Below are positions 42,471 through 55,750 of a DNA stretch of 64,000 nt, piece by piece. The notes below the pieces were generated by a model, which was not told the origin of the DNA, ran no database searches, and saw only the letters and a program-made list of their open reading frames with translations. The translations under genes and the position numbers were made by a program. How positions within the stretch are numbered: the first letter of the stretch is position 1; each line of letters opens with the position of its first letter. The stretch is from Macrostomum lignano (lineage: Eukaryota): contig NIVC01001140.1 of the NCBI GenBank assembly GCA_002269645.1, positions 97,529 through 161,528 on the forward strand, in the 5' to 3' direction.

Positions 42471-45400
42471 AATACCAGGATGGAATTCTTGCTTGGGGTA
42501 GGAAAATGCGCGTGCACGCTTTTGGAGCAGTGCACATACCAGCTATAAAAATAAGTCATAATGCGGAACATGGCCTATGCACAAAAAATGAAATTTCATT
42601 TTTCTAGTTTTTTTTAATTCTATGCCAATATAAATTAAAAAATTGTACTTCAAGTTTAAAGTAGCTTGACACAATATTTTTTAGAGAAAATATTCTGTAA
42701 AAATTGTAAGAGTTTTACTAAACTTTAAAGTAACTATTTTTGCTAAAAACTCTTTGTTTTACTTTTTTTGACATTTTTCAGTGTAAAAACAAAATTCTAG
42801 ACTATGAAAAGTAGGAAAACTTGAGCACGCATATGCCACATGGCACATAACCATGTTGAATGCATGTAAAAGTCAATTCCTATCTGTGATTCTGCGGCGA
42901 ACAGCTTCTTGTGCAAGCATATACAATGGAGCACGCACACACTTCTTTAAGAGTGCACAAGTAGGCTCCTTTTTAGTATGCAAGCGTGCACAAATTTGAC
43001 AAGTATGCACAAATGTGTAACAACTTTTGTGCAAGAATTCTATCCTAGGCTTAATAGAACACAATCATGTTCTTTTTATATTTATTTTTATAATATATAC
43101 CCTAAATAAATAATTTGTTAATAATGCATTGTAAAACAAAAGTGAAAAAAGTTTACCAAAATGAAAATAAGGAAGAATAATAAAAGAATTAGACAGCTCA
43201 ATATTACAATTATAAGATTCTTATAATATGCCTATAGATATCCAGTTCTTTCTCACTTTTGTCTAATAATATTTTATTAACAAATTATCTATCCATTTAG
43301 GGTAGGCCTAGGGCCTATCATATAACAAATGTGAATATAAGGATTGTGCTCTAATAAGCTTTGATTAGGCCTATAAAATTTTTGCAATCACAACTATGTT
43401 TATTTCAATTCTCACTATTTTCCATTGGGTATTATATAATAAAATTGATGCAAAATATAGGCATTGACAGATATAAGAATGTTGGTCTTAATTTAAAAAA
43501 TGTCAATAATTTTTTTAATTAGTTAGGTCTATGTAACAATATAGGCCTAATATAAATACTAGAATAGCAATGTTACTATTTAGCAATTGCCACAGCTAAA
43601 ATGTTTTAAATAGGGACCTATTGAACATATTTTATTATTTTATATAAATAAAACAATTTTAGACCCTATTTAATTTGTTTATTCAGTATAGATTTTTTAA
43701 TGGGCCTATTACTAGCAATTGCTTAGTTAAAACTTAAATAAAGGTAAAATAGATATTAAATTTATATGTATGCTTAACTTTGCCTAGGCCTAGTCTTTTT
43801 TCTCATTAGCTAAGTGCTTAGATACTAAAACTACCATAGATAGTTTATATCCATCATATCCTCATATCCATTGATCAAATAGATCAAATCAATCCCCAAA
43901 AGGATCTTCCTACTGTACTGCTCTGGCTAAATCTCTAAGCCCTATTCATTAATCCATATACTGATATACACTACACTGCACTAGCAGGCCTACCTGACAG
44001 GCTGACACTAAGTGGTGAGTTTCAACCTATGTAACTAAATGGACTCAAAGGATCAAAAATAATGTTTTCCTATAGGCCTAATGGGGCTTCTTTTATCATG
44101 AAAGAAAAATTAAAGTGATAAAAATGCTTAGGACGTAGATCCGACAAGAGCCATAAAGCCATGAATGAATTATTTAGCAAAGGATTCTAAGAAATCTGCG
44201 CGCAAACCTGAATTTCTCTTTAAAAAACAACAAATCAATTTTTTTGGGAAAATGAAGCCATTTGGCTTTCAGTTTTTTACTTTTGTTGAAAAATGAATCA
44301 GCGGCTACTATTTTTGGGACTTCGTGCAGGCTGAAAGTTGGCCCCAAAATGCATGTCCAAAGTGGAAAAGGTAAGTCTCATAAATTTAGAAATTCTCAAA
44401 AATTCTAAGATGCAGGAGAGGAGATAATGCGATAGATAATGCGACACATTAAATGCAATAGGGACGCATCAGGATTAGCAACGGAATAAAAACAACCGTA
44501 TTAAATTAAAAGACATTTGTTGTGAAGTGAGCTGTACGTGAACACTGGACAAATCATTTACACATGTACATGTATGTACACTGTATAGTACTTCTATTTC
44601 CATGATCGTAAATTTACGAGTACGTGTACATGTACTTCCCGAAGCAGTTTGCGGTGACAGCGAGCGTGTCTCGTGGTCAAAGACCGTCTTGCTCTGTTTT
44701 ATGTTAAACATTGGGGGCTTCTATTTCCTGTCGATAATATTAGCTGACGGCCGCAACCCGCAAGCAGATTTTACTCGTGGCGATGTAATATATATAATAG
44801 TGCATTTCGAGCTGTTACCTTTTGTTGGTGTTGGAGGTTTTTGCTGCTTTTGGTCTTCGGAATTAGTTCAAACCTTCCAAACCCGTATCCGAAAGCCTGC
44901 CGCTAACAGAAACAGCTATAGCTCACAGACCACCGAATACCTATCGGGCCAACAGATCAAGTCACATGCAGCTTCACCGCCATATCGCTGTCTCAAAGCG
45001 TCACGCCTCCCCGCTACTTAATTAGATGCTGCACTGGATAGGTGTTGTTGCATGTTGTGTATTTTTAATACCTCATTTAAGATCGTAAGATTAAGTAAGT
45101 AATGTCTCTGGGAAAAGTTTCTTTAGGGTTGTGCATGGGGTAAAATATTTACAGTCAGGTAAAGCAAAAAAAACAAAAAAATTCCCTAAATCTGTTCAGT
45201 CTGTAGTTAATAAAAAAATTTTTGCATCCGTATCGTCTAAAAAGCAGCACGGATTTGCAAGACAGGGCGTGTCCGGGTCTGCTTGCACGTTGCTCTCGCG
45301 GCTACAAGGTACTACATGAATATCAAAGTAAAAATATTAGAATCAGCTTTGCTTTTGCTTTCTTATCTTGGATGGAAAGGAAATTATATTTTCGTCTCTG

Positions 45401-46079
45401 TATAAAACAAATAGAAGTGTAAAATATCCAAGCTGGTATGGTAATGCTGGTAGTGCAGAGATGTAATGCAGTCGCTACTGAGTAGTGTATAGTCGCTACT
45501 GACTGCGCGCAGTACAGCAGACGTACGTACCCCGCGGGTTATCAATTTAAAGTACCTTATTTTGCTTGCCTATTCGCATCAAAGCAAACTTTTTTACTGC
45601 GACGCAGAAAGCGCAAATACGAGCGTAGCGCCATGCCAGTACATTCGGAGGTGTACGTACACAGGCATATCGCATACTGTACTGGGCATGAGTATTTTTT
45701 CTGTCCTCTCTGACTGAGGGCGGGGGGATGCTGTCTCTGTACAAAGTTTGGATTTATAGTGTGTCGCATTCAACTGATTGGCAAAAAAAGTATTACGTTC
45801 GTTTAACTGTAAAAATTCTTATCCACAATTAATTATAAGCTCGTAGGAGATCAGCTTACTCTGTGGGTATTTAAATTTGACACACTGCTTGCCGAAGCAT
45901 GTCAAGTGTAAGTAATCTAGTTGAAACCTTGATTTTTTAACAAGGTACCAAATCATTTGGTTAAAAATTTTGTATAAATCATATGTAAGACTGCATAAAA
46001 AGCTACGTGTAAATATTTTCATGTACGACAGCTGCCCCTTCTCTTTCAGAGACCCCCACCACTACAGGATTTCGAACGA

Positions 46080-49000
46080 ATGCTCCGGGAGCACCTGGAG
46101 GAGCTCATGGAGGGAGTTAAAAAAAAGCGGAAAGATGCCAGTTCCACCAGCAGCAGCGAAGATCCGACTCCACCAGCAGTTAAATCCTTTCTGAAGGCGG
46201 CTGCCTCCGGTGATCGTCGGCGGTGCCTGTCCTTCATGGATGGCGGCGGCGACCCAAGCGCTCGAGGCAAAAAGAGTCTTACCGCACTGCACCTTGCAGC
46301 ACATGAAGGACACACGGATGTGATCAGGGAGCTGCTAAGACGAGGAGCGGAAATCGATGCCACAGACGAAGATGGTGATACGCCACTCATATCCGCCGTC
46401 ATCAACAAAAAGCAGGAGCCGGTCGAACTTCTTATTGAGAAGGGGGCCAATGTGGCTCACATCAACAACAAGGGCCACACAGCAGCGGATATCGGTCTGA
46501 TGAAGAGGAGTCTTGTTATCGTCACAACACTGGAGAACGTCAGGCGCTGCCTGCAATTCGACTCGGTGGTGCACGAGAAGACCCTCATGACCGCTGCGCA
46601 GGAAGGTAACGTAAGAATTATCGACTTCTGGTTGAAGAATCACCCGGACCGCAAAGCCTGCAACCATAAGCTCGCCCAGAGCCGCACAATGGCGTTTATT
46701 GCCGCTCTAAATGGGCACCTGGACATTATGCTTCTGCTGAACAAGTACAAGGCTGACTTTGAGCTCACGGACGATCGTGGACACACGCCACTGTTTTGCG
46801 CTGCTCAAAACGATCACTTTGAAGTCGTAAATTTCTTACTGGAGAAGCGCTGCAACATAAACCACACGAGCATCACTGGTCGAACTCCGATTTTTTCGGC
46901 AGTGAACAACGGGCACGACGACATTGTGCGGCTGTTAATTCGCAGTAACGCGAATGTCAACCAGGCAGACGAGGAGGGAACAACGCCACTAGAGTGCGCA
47001 ATCAAGCAGGGCTCTTTGCCCATCTTCCACATGCTCATTGATGCAGGAGCTCGAATTGATCACATCGAGTTCAACGGCTATGACTTCGCCATGATTGCGG
47101 CTTCAAACCAGCAGGTCGACATGCTTAAAGAGCTACGCGCAATGGGCTTGTCAATGAAGCAGGTCAACAAGAAGAATGGTGAAACCGCACTCCTTGGTGC
47201 CTGCCAGGTGGGTCCTGAAGAATCGGTCGGCTTTCTGATCTCCGAAGGAAGCGATCTGAATCATCAGAACAAGCGCGGTGTGTCTCCTGCTTTGAGGGCT
47301 GCCTACAACGGACATTTTGTGATCCTGATGGCTTTGGGAGAGTCTGGAGCTAAACTGGATTTGCCGAACAAAATAAATGAGACCGCCATTTTATGCGCGG
47401 CACAGAAGAGCTCCGTTGATATGGTTCAATACCTACACGGAAAAGGGTGCAACATCTCCGTGAAGGATGACAACGGCAAGACTCTGGCTTGGTACGCAGC
47501 AAAAGAGGACAACATAGAGCTTCTTGAGTTCCTAGCTAAAGTGGGTGCTCCTCTGGATACTCCGGACACCGATGGCAACACGCCATTGATGCGGGCTGTG
47601 AAGGCGGACGCGAGCCCCGAGACAGTGCGATTTCTCATGAGCCGCGGCTGCAGTGTGGGCAAGCCGAACCAGAAAGGGGAGAACGCTGTGGATATCGCAA
47701 AGAAGCGCAATCACGAAGAGCTCCTGAAGGTTCTGCAGAAATCTGGTTCCCGCGAAAAGCCAAGTCCAAGTAGAAGACCTGGCGGCGCCAATCAGAGACA
47801 GGAGTAATTTTTTGCTTTTTTATGCCTTTAAAATTATGTTCACCGGTGTTATGTATTCAATGATATCCAACAATCGCATTTCTAGGTCCACAGAGGATCA
47901 TCTGGACGCCACATTTACAGACTGGGACTACATCTATGATGAGAGACGTAAGAAAAAGTTGATCGGCGAAGGGAACTTCGGCAGGGTCTACGAGGCGCGC
48001 ACAAACAAGGGCCAAACAATTGCAGTGAAAGTAACCAAGCTCAAGGGTGCCAAGAACGATAGAGTCGTTCAGAAAGCCATCGACTTGGAGATGAAAGCCG
48101 TTGAAGTTTTGAAGGCCATTCGTCACCAAAATATAGCCATCTTTTTAAAGTCCGAACAGAAGGATGGAGCCGTATACGTCTTCACTGAGTTGATTGACGG
48201 CATGAGTCTGGCTGACCACTTGAAGGATCGGCAGTCTTTTGAAGAGTCGGAAATCAGAAGCTATGCTTCCCAGGTAAATATGTAGATTTATATTTTTGAT
48301 GGTGATGTTGATGTTGAATAAATCACAGAACTGATTAATCACGCTTGACATGCTTCTTCAGATTTGTTCAACGCTGGATTTTCTGCATACACGCAAGCCT
48401 GCAATTCTGCACAGGGACATCAAATGCTCCAACATTATGTTGACAAAGCGGGATGTAATCAAGTTGATTGATTTCGGACTCGCTAAAGAGATCGTCACTT
48501 CAACAATCGCAGCAGTGACTGAGAGCCAGTGCGGCACCTGGTATTACCTTGCTCCTGAACTGTTCAGCAGTCAGGCGCATGTTTCCTACACACCCAAGAC
48601 GGACATCTGGGCGTTTGGGTGCACTATCTTCGAAATGGCAGAAGGCGAGCCTCCAAACAGAGACAAGCGGGAACAGCAGATTCCCAATGTGCTCAAGGAA
48701 ATGCAGGAAATGCCTCTGCCATCAAAAAAATATTCTTCTGACATGCGCGAATTTTACCGTCACTGTGTGGCGAAGAATCCCGAGCAGAGGTTCACCTCAA
48801 CTGAGCTTCTGAAGCACAGGTTTCTGCGAAATGCCGAGAGGCCCAAAGCTGCAGCTGGGGCTGGGGCTGGGGCTGGCGCTAGGGCTGCGTCCGAACCCGC
48901 CGCACATTATCTCGACCCCAACTTCACAAAGTGGGACATCATCTGTGACGATGACAACAAGAAGAGGCCCATCGGAGAGGGTGGCTTTGGCAAGGTTTAC

Positions 49001-49850
49001 AAGGCCTACACAGATAAGCACCAGTTCGTGGCTGTAAAGATTGTCACAATGAAGGGCAACGATCCCAAGAGGTACAAAAGAGCAATCGAGCAGGAAAGGA
49101 AAGGTATAGAAATTTTGAAGACCGTCCGACATCCGAATATCGTTGTGTTCCTAAAATCCGAGCTCGATGACAGTGGTCAGTTCTGCATCTTCACTGAACT
49201 CATCGCCGGAATCAGCCTCTTTGATTTGATGAAACGGCAGAGGAAGCCGTTTGAGGAGTCCGGAATAAAGAAGTTTTCTCAGCAGGTAATGCTGCACCTG
49301 AGTAGCAATATTAGTAGCATGAAATAACTAAATTGTTTTTATGAAAACACATCAAATCAGCAAATATTGGTTCACTTCACAGATTTGCGCGGCCCTCAAC
49401 TTCCTGCACAGACGGAGACCGGCCATCCTGCACCGGGACATTAAGTGTTCCAATGTAATGCTCACTCATGAGGGCATTGTCAAGCTGATCGACTTCGGCC
49501 TAGCTAAAGAAATCACCACATCGAAAATTGCTTACATCAGCATGAACCAGTGCGGCACTCCCTACTTCATGGCGCCAGAGCTGCACAGCGCGGAGGGCAA
49601 CGCCCAGTACACGCCCCAGTCCGATGTGTGGGCCTTCGGCTGCACCGTTTTTGAGATGGCAGAAGGCAAGCCGCCGAACAGCCACCTGCTGCCAATGCAG
49701 ATCCCGCGCTACTTCCACAAGTACGAGATGCCCGACATTTCAGCAAAAGTGTCCAATGAGCTGCGCAACTTCTACCGCTGCTGCGTTGTAAAGGAACCCG
49801 AGGCGAGGATGGATACCACCGACCTCCTGGAGCACGCCTTCCTTGCCTAA
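46080..49850 (+). CDS. Ankyrin-repeat protein with two tandem Ser/Thr (STE-like) kinase domains, about 1167 aa; exons 46080-47803, 47886-48273, 48362-49285, 49383-49850
   Basis: About 14 ankyrin repeats ([44 protein letters not shown]...). The apparent stop at 47805 overlaps a GT donor (GA|gtaatt) that is phase-compatible with the acceptor at 47885. Each kinase has GxGx[16 protein letters not shown] and APE. An upstream acceptor at 46049 suggests additional 5' exon(s). Confidence 0.85.
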
Positions 49851-50023
49851 GTTGGGCCCTCACTTTTTCAGCAGCAACAGAGTTCAACTATAGCTATCTG
49901 TTGAAGCACAAATCCATGAGATTTTCTGGATTTATTATACAAGTGGAAAAGTATTCGAAAAAAAACTAATTCCCAGGTGTCAACTTATTTGACTCGTAGT
50001 TTTTACATCTGCTGTGAAAAATC

Positions 50024-50815
<792 letters not shown>

Positions 50816-52761
50816 AATCGAGACAATTCCTTTTTAGCATATCGGAGATTACTATAGCTATTATAAAGTTTTCTACAAACCAATGTGTAGCCACCGGCAC
50901 CGTTGAATTAATTGGTATTTTTCAGATCTGGTCATTTTTGGCCAGCGTTCCTTAACTTACAGTCTGATTTCTTTCCTGATATTGTTGGACATATAACCAT
51001 GTCAAATCTTTGTCTAGTAATACTAGTATGCTTTTTTAGAAATTCTTTGTCTGAACTTTTCCACACAAGGACCACTAGAAAATTTCGTCAAGGAGGTCGC
51101 AACACTCACGAATTGTAAATGTTTTTGAAGGTGGGATTTAGCGAGCATATAAGTGCAGATAGTTTTCTAGTTTGCAGTCAAAACTGAAATTTTGCAGACA
51201 GGCAATTTCGTATTCATTAATATGCATTAATACAGGTGATTCTATGGTTTTGGCTTTTTTACTTTAATTTGAACTTGAATTGTCTCCTTCAAATTGTCTT
51301 ACGCATTTTGTGAGTGTTGCGTCCTTCTTAAGTTGTCCTTGGTTGCACCTAAGAGAATTTGCTTATCGTCCCATCTCCCCAGCAATTACGACACTGCTCC
51401 ATTTTGTTCTGCATTATTAATCTGATTCGCTATAACAGCCTTTATTAACAAAGCCATCTGATTCTGTCTGAATTGCCCCTTTTGCTCTCCTTATGTTTTT
51501 ATTCACGACTATTGTGGTGTTCGCCAGATATAATACTCCGATTTATGCTCGCAGCTGATGTTTCGCTGTGCGCGCGTGCGTACTTGCGAAATGATGAGAA
51601 TACGAGCGTAGTAAATCGCGAGAATATATTACTCTGCGTCCTACTAAAATATTTTCTCCCCAGCGATTGTTTCCTCGGTAAAATTTTCTTTCAATAAGCG
51701 ATAAGTAAATTTATTCATGACTTGTCAAGTATTTGCCAGAAAAGATTTAGATAGCCGAATTCGGTTTTATGAAATTTGCTTGGTGTAGGACTACCAAATA
51801 TAATAGGAAACTTAATGCCAAATTCTCGCACAGGCTTAATTTAAACTCTTTGTATTTCATAAAACCCGTATTTTTCATTCACGTATTAACTTAAGTGATG
51901 CAGAGACTTCTAAGTTTACTTTAGAGCGAGGATACCTGCTCTGGTGGCCTCGAGAACTCGAACTCCGAGTAAGAGGCCTAAGCTGTTCTCATTCAAACGC
52001 ACTCAAAGGCAACGCATGACGATGCGCAACCGTCTGAGGACCAACCCCGCCGGTGGGTCCCATGGTAACCTCAACATGCGCACAAAACCGTATCTGTTAG
52101 ATGGGCTTGCATCATGCCATTGGGTCTTCCAGAAGCTGACCCACACACTTGATGCGTGTTTGATTCGAGTACTTTATACCCATTAACCAATCACACCACA
52201 ACAGCAAATGAGACGAACAGCAGGCAGGCAAAGGTCTATGGCCCGAAGCAGCGCGAGAGGTGGGGAAAGCGACCCCGTAGTAACGATAAGTTTATTTTGC
52301 AAGCAAACGAGATTAAAAGAAAAAAATGTGTTTAAAAAAATTTGAGCTTCAAAGCCAAAGCAAGCGACGGGCACAGAGAGCGGCGTGCATATAAATAAGC
52401 GGGTGAGCAAACCCCCCACCCCACGGGGGGTAGAGAAGACGGCGCACAAAGGCGGCACAATGTACAGCGCGAGGGGTGGATGGCTAACACCCATTTCACT
52501 CCAGGCTCACAAAAGAGCCTAAGAGAAATGGAGGCATTAACCAATCACACCCCAACAGCAAATGAGACGAACAGCAGGCAGGCAAAGGTCTACGGCCCGA
52601 AGCAGCGCGAGAGGTGGGGAAAGCGACCCCAACCCCGAAAAAAGGAGGAGAAAAGGAGAGAACAGGAAGATAAAAGCAAGGAGGCAGCAAAAGTAAGCAA
52701 AGCCAGGCCACGAACGCCAAGGTAAAACGCCAAAGGGTAAAAAAAACGAGCGAGTAAGCAG

Positions 52762-53778
52762 TCAAGAGGCCAGGCAGGCAGCGATCCGCCTAGCTGCTGT
52801 CCGACGGCGGGCAAATGACGCCTCATCAGAGAAATACCGAAAGACGCAGTCTGAACGCCAGTCGCCTATGCAACGGATGTCGGCGATTGAGAGGCCTGAC
52901 TGAAAGGCAGCGCTGGCCCCCCCTCTACGCAGACTGTGACCTGAGAAGCCGCACTCACCAAAGCCGCACAGAGACATGCCCCGCTTTAGGAGCCGGATGA
53001 ACATAGCGGCAGACAAGAGAGTCCAGCCGCGGCTGCCTAGGACAGAAAACAGGGGCTGCTGCGACGCGTAGATTTGATTCTCGCGCAGATGAGTTGCTAG
53101 TGCGGAAGAGGGACAGATAAGCAGACATTCAGAGGCCTGCGGCAGAAAAACTTCCAGTTGCCGCTCCTTGAATTGGTTTGTCTTTGACCTGTTGAGCACC
53201 AGCCGCAGACCACCGGGGCACGCTGATAGGCAGCTCCAGGGAAGAGCGTCCGCAGCGGTGGATGGTAAGAGCTCGCCGAGCCTAAGGACTCCCCACCAGG
53301 CCACCTGCAATGCTGGCAGCGAATGACGTAGCTCGGTGGAGCTGCAGAGCAGGCGGAGGTGGCTGGGCTTCAGCGGCGTCGCACGCCGAGACTGCCGGCT
53401 CAGAAGACGCCGAGCCCCGCGACACACGAGAGCCAGGCGAGCGCTGCCCTTGGTCGGGTCTGGCGACGCGGAAGCCCTATGAAGGAAAGACACCGCGCTG
53501 AGGCTTGACTGCACACTGGAGTAGGACGCCGGTCCACGTTGTAACAGGAACGAGACAAATTGGCAGAAATCAGACTCGGAGGCGGCGGTCGCAGGAATTC
53601 GACGCTGCCGGCAGAATTCGTTCCAGACTTGTAAGTGGCTCGCATAGGACTTCCAGGAACTAGGCGCTAGTGACAGGCGGCACAGAGCGGACACAGACAC
53701 GGTGGAACGGAGCGGAGCGCGGCTGCGACCTGTGAATAAAGAGGGTGCGAGACACGGCAGAAATGGTGTGGGAAGCAA
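52762..53778 (-). CDS. Tyrosine recombinase of the Ngaro element, 338 aa
   Basis: Catalytic residues are present: GVLRLGEL (R), RSKTNQ (K), GHSLRRGG (HxxR), GDWRS (W), FRYF (Y). Confidence 0.92.
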   Translation of the reverse strand: MLPTPFLPCLAPSLFTGRSRAPLRSTVSVSALCRLSLAPSSWKSYASHLQVWNEFCRQRRIPATAASESDFCQFVSFLLQRGPASYSSVQSSLSAVSFLHRASASPDPTKGSARLALVCRGARRLLSRQSRRATPLKPSHLRLLCSSTELRHSLPALQVAWWGVLRLGELLPSTAADALPWSCLSACPGGLRLVLNRSKTNQFKERQLEVFLPQASECLLICPSSALATHLRENQIYASQQPLFSVLGSRGWTLLSAAMFIRLLKRGMSLCGFGECGFSGHSLRRGGASAAFQSGLSIADIRCIGDWRSDCVFRYFSDEASFARRRTAARRIAACLAS

Positions 53779-55388
53779 ATTCGAAAGGGCAAATGCATAA
53801 AGAGCCGTAAAGACGGCAGCAAAAATTAATGAGCTCTCTGCTCGAGCCCCCCATTCTAGAAGCGGAGTCGCTCAGCAGCTGCATCTGGCCAGGAAGGTGG
53901 AACGCCTGGAGCTGAATTCCCGACGTGAGGCACACGAGAGCAACGGTCTGATAGATGCGAATGAGCAGAGGATGCCGACAGGACAGCTTATTGACCATGC
54001 CATTATTGAGCAGTGCTATCCGAGTAAATCACAACGCGGCTGTTCCTAAGCTGCTCGCGGAAGCGCAGGATGGTAAGCAGCGGAGCCAGCGCCTCTTTGT
54101 GGTTGATGTGAAGGTCGCGGAACTTGCTCTCGAAGTCCTTCTCCCAGCTGAAGTACGTCCAGTCATTGAATTCGCTGCCAAAGACGATGCCAGCAGCACC
54201 CTCGCAACTGCTATCAGATTCGATGGCCACAAGTTGACGAAAACGGGGGCGAATGACCGTCGGCGGCAGAGAATTCACGACGCGCAGCCACCAGAGGAAG
54301 AGGTCGCGAAGCTCAGATGGCAGCCGGGTGTCCATTCTGTAGCTGAGGATGTCGAAGAGCGGACGCAGGAAAGGATGCAAAAGCCTGTTGATCTGGCTGA
54401 GCCAGCACAGCTTTCGGGCCAGTTTTTCGAGCTGCTTCAGCTTAACAACGTCACGTGACAGGCAATCGTTCAGCAGTTTCCTAATGTCGTCTTTCTTGTT
54501 GCTTGGAAGTGACAGAGTGTCGTTCACAATGTCAACCAGCACGCCGAGAAACACAACGTGTTGAGCTGGAGCCACGGTCTTCTGCCGGTTGATGTCGAAG
54601 CCTAAGTTCTGCAGTAGCTCAACCAGATAATTGAAGGCCTCCTGAGCCGCTTCTTCAGTATCAGTGGCTACTGCCCAGTCGTCCAAGTAGTTGACGGTAG
54701 CTGTGAAGCCAATGCTGAGCATGTGGCGCTTGATGCCGGCCAATAAGCGATAGAAAATTTCACATGACGCTCGAGCACTAAAGGGCAACCGGGTGTCAAC
54801 GAGCACCGAGTTATCGCTGTCGGCAGCAAACCGCCAGCTGAGGCCCGTGAGCACCTGGTCGTCTGGGTGAATACCGACGGAACGATAGGTCTGCTTGAGG
54901 TCGATTTTGCCGATAAACGAGCTTGGGCGAAGATAGCGGTTCAAGTCTTGGACAGAGGCGAAGCGCAGCCCCTTTTCCTGCTCATAGCTGTCGTTGACGG
55001 AGGACCCCGAAGGTCTAAAAAGGTCATGAATGACCCGGACACTGCCGTCAGATTTTGGAATCGCCCCGATGGCGTTCATCATGACAGGGCCATTGGCGAG
55101 CTGCAGGCGGCTGAGACGGAGCTCCTCGGCGAGCTGTTCATCAACCTGCTTGGCTTGGTCCAAGGCTGAGTGGTAGTTGGCGGAGCAGGCAAGAGAAGGC
55201 GGCGACCTATTGACGAGCCGAAAGCCGTAACTAAGGCCGCTGCGAAAAAATTTTTCGTCTTGGTCACCCAGAAGCAGCGGCTCCCAGGCGGCAAGGTTCA
55301 TGTTGGACGACAGAGCGCGGCGCGGTGGAGAGAGCAGGGTGGGAGCAGGGCAATGAGCAGAGGGAGGCAAGATAAAAGGCGACGGCAA
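53660..55388 (-). CDS. DIRS/Ngaro reverse transcriptase-RNase H, frameshifted near 54000
   Basis: KIDLKQTYR, RLPF, YLDD (RT); IESDSS, INHKEAL, YSDS (RNase H); continues in another frame as VNK...FHLPG...SDSASR. Confidence 0.88.
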
Positions 55389-55410
55389 ACGGGGGTTAAA
55401 AGCAGGGCGG

Positions 55411-55750
55411 CTATAAAAAAGATCTAGTTTTTTGCTCCCTCCACAGCGTCGCCGCCGACGCCGGCCGGCCGCAGTCGCGCAGCTTGCAGACGTGACGGTA
55501 CCTACAGGAGGACCGCTGGCAGCCGGCAGGGGAGTTGTAGCTTAGGCAGATGGGAGCTTGCGACTGGTTGGATGCTGGTCTGCTCAGGGTGACTTTTAAG
55601 TTTCTTGGTGCGTTAAGGTGTCGGTGGTACAGCTGTGGAGGCTCGCAGCCCCATCGATGCGAATCCGAGTCTGCGATCAACTTTCTGTAATTCTCATCGA
55701 ATTCCCACACGACACTTGGACTGTAGTTAGCGTCTAAGAGCTCGCCGATC
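55411..55750 (-). pseudogene. C-terminal remnant of Ngaro gag-like ORF1
   Basis: ...WEFDENYRK...ICLSYNSPAGCQRSSCRYRHVCKLRDCGRP (DIRS-type Cys/His motif), directly abutting repeat A1 with no N-terminal portion. Confidence 0.65.

Noticed and set aside
46080-47807. Stand-alone 575-aa ankyrin protein
   Set aside because: The stop overlaps a GT donor that splices in phase to the kinase exon 82 nt downstream. The fusion model is preferred, though not proven.
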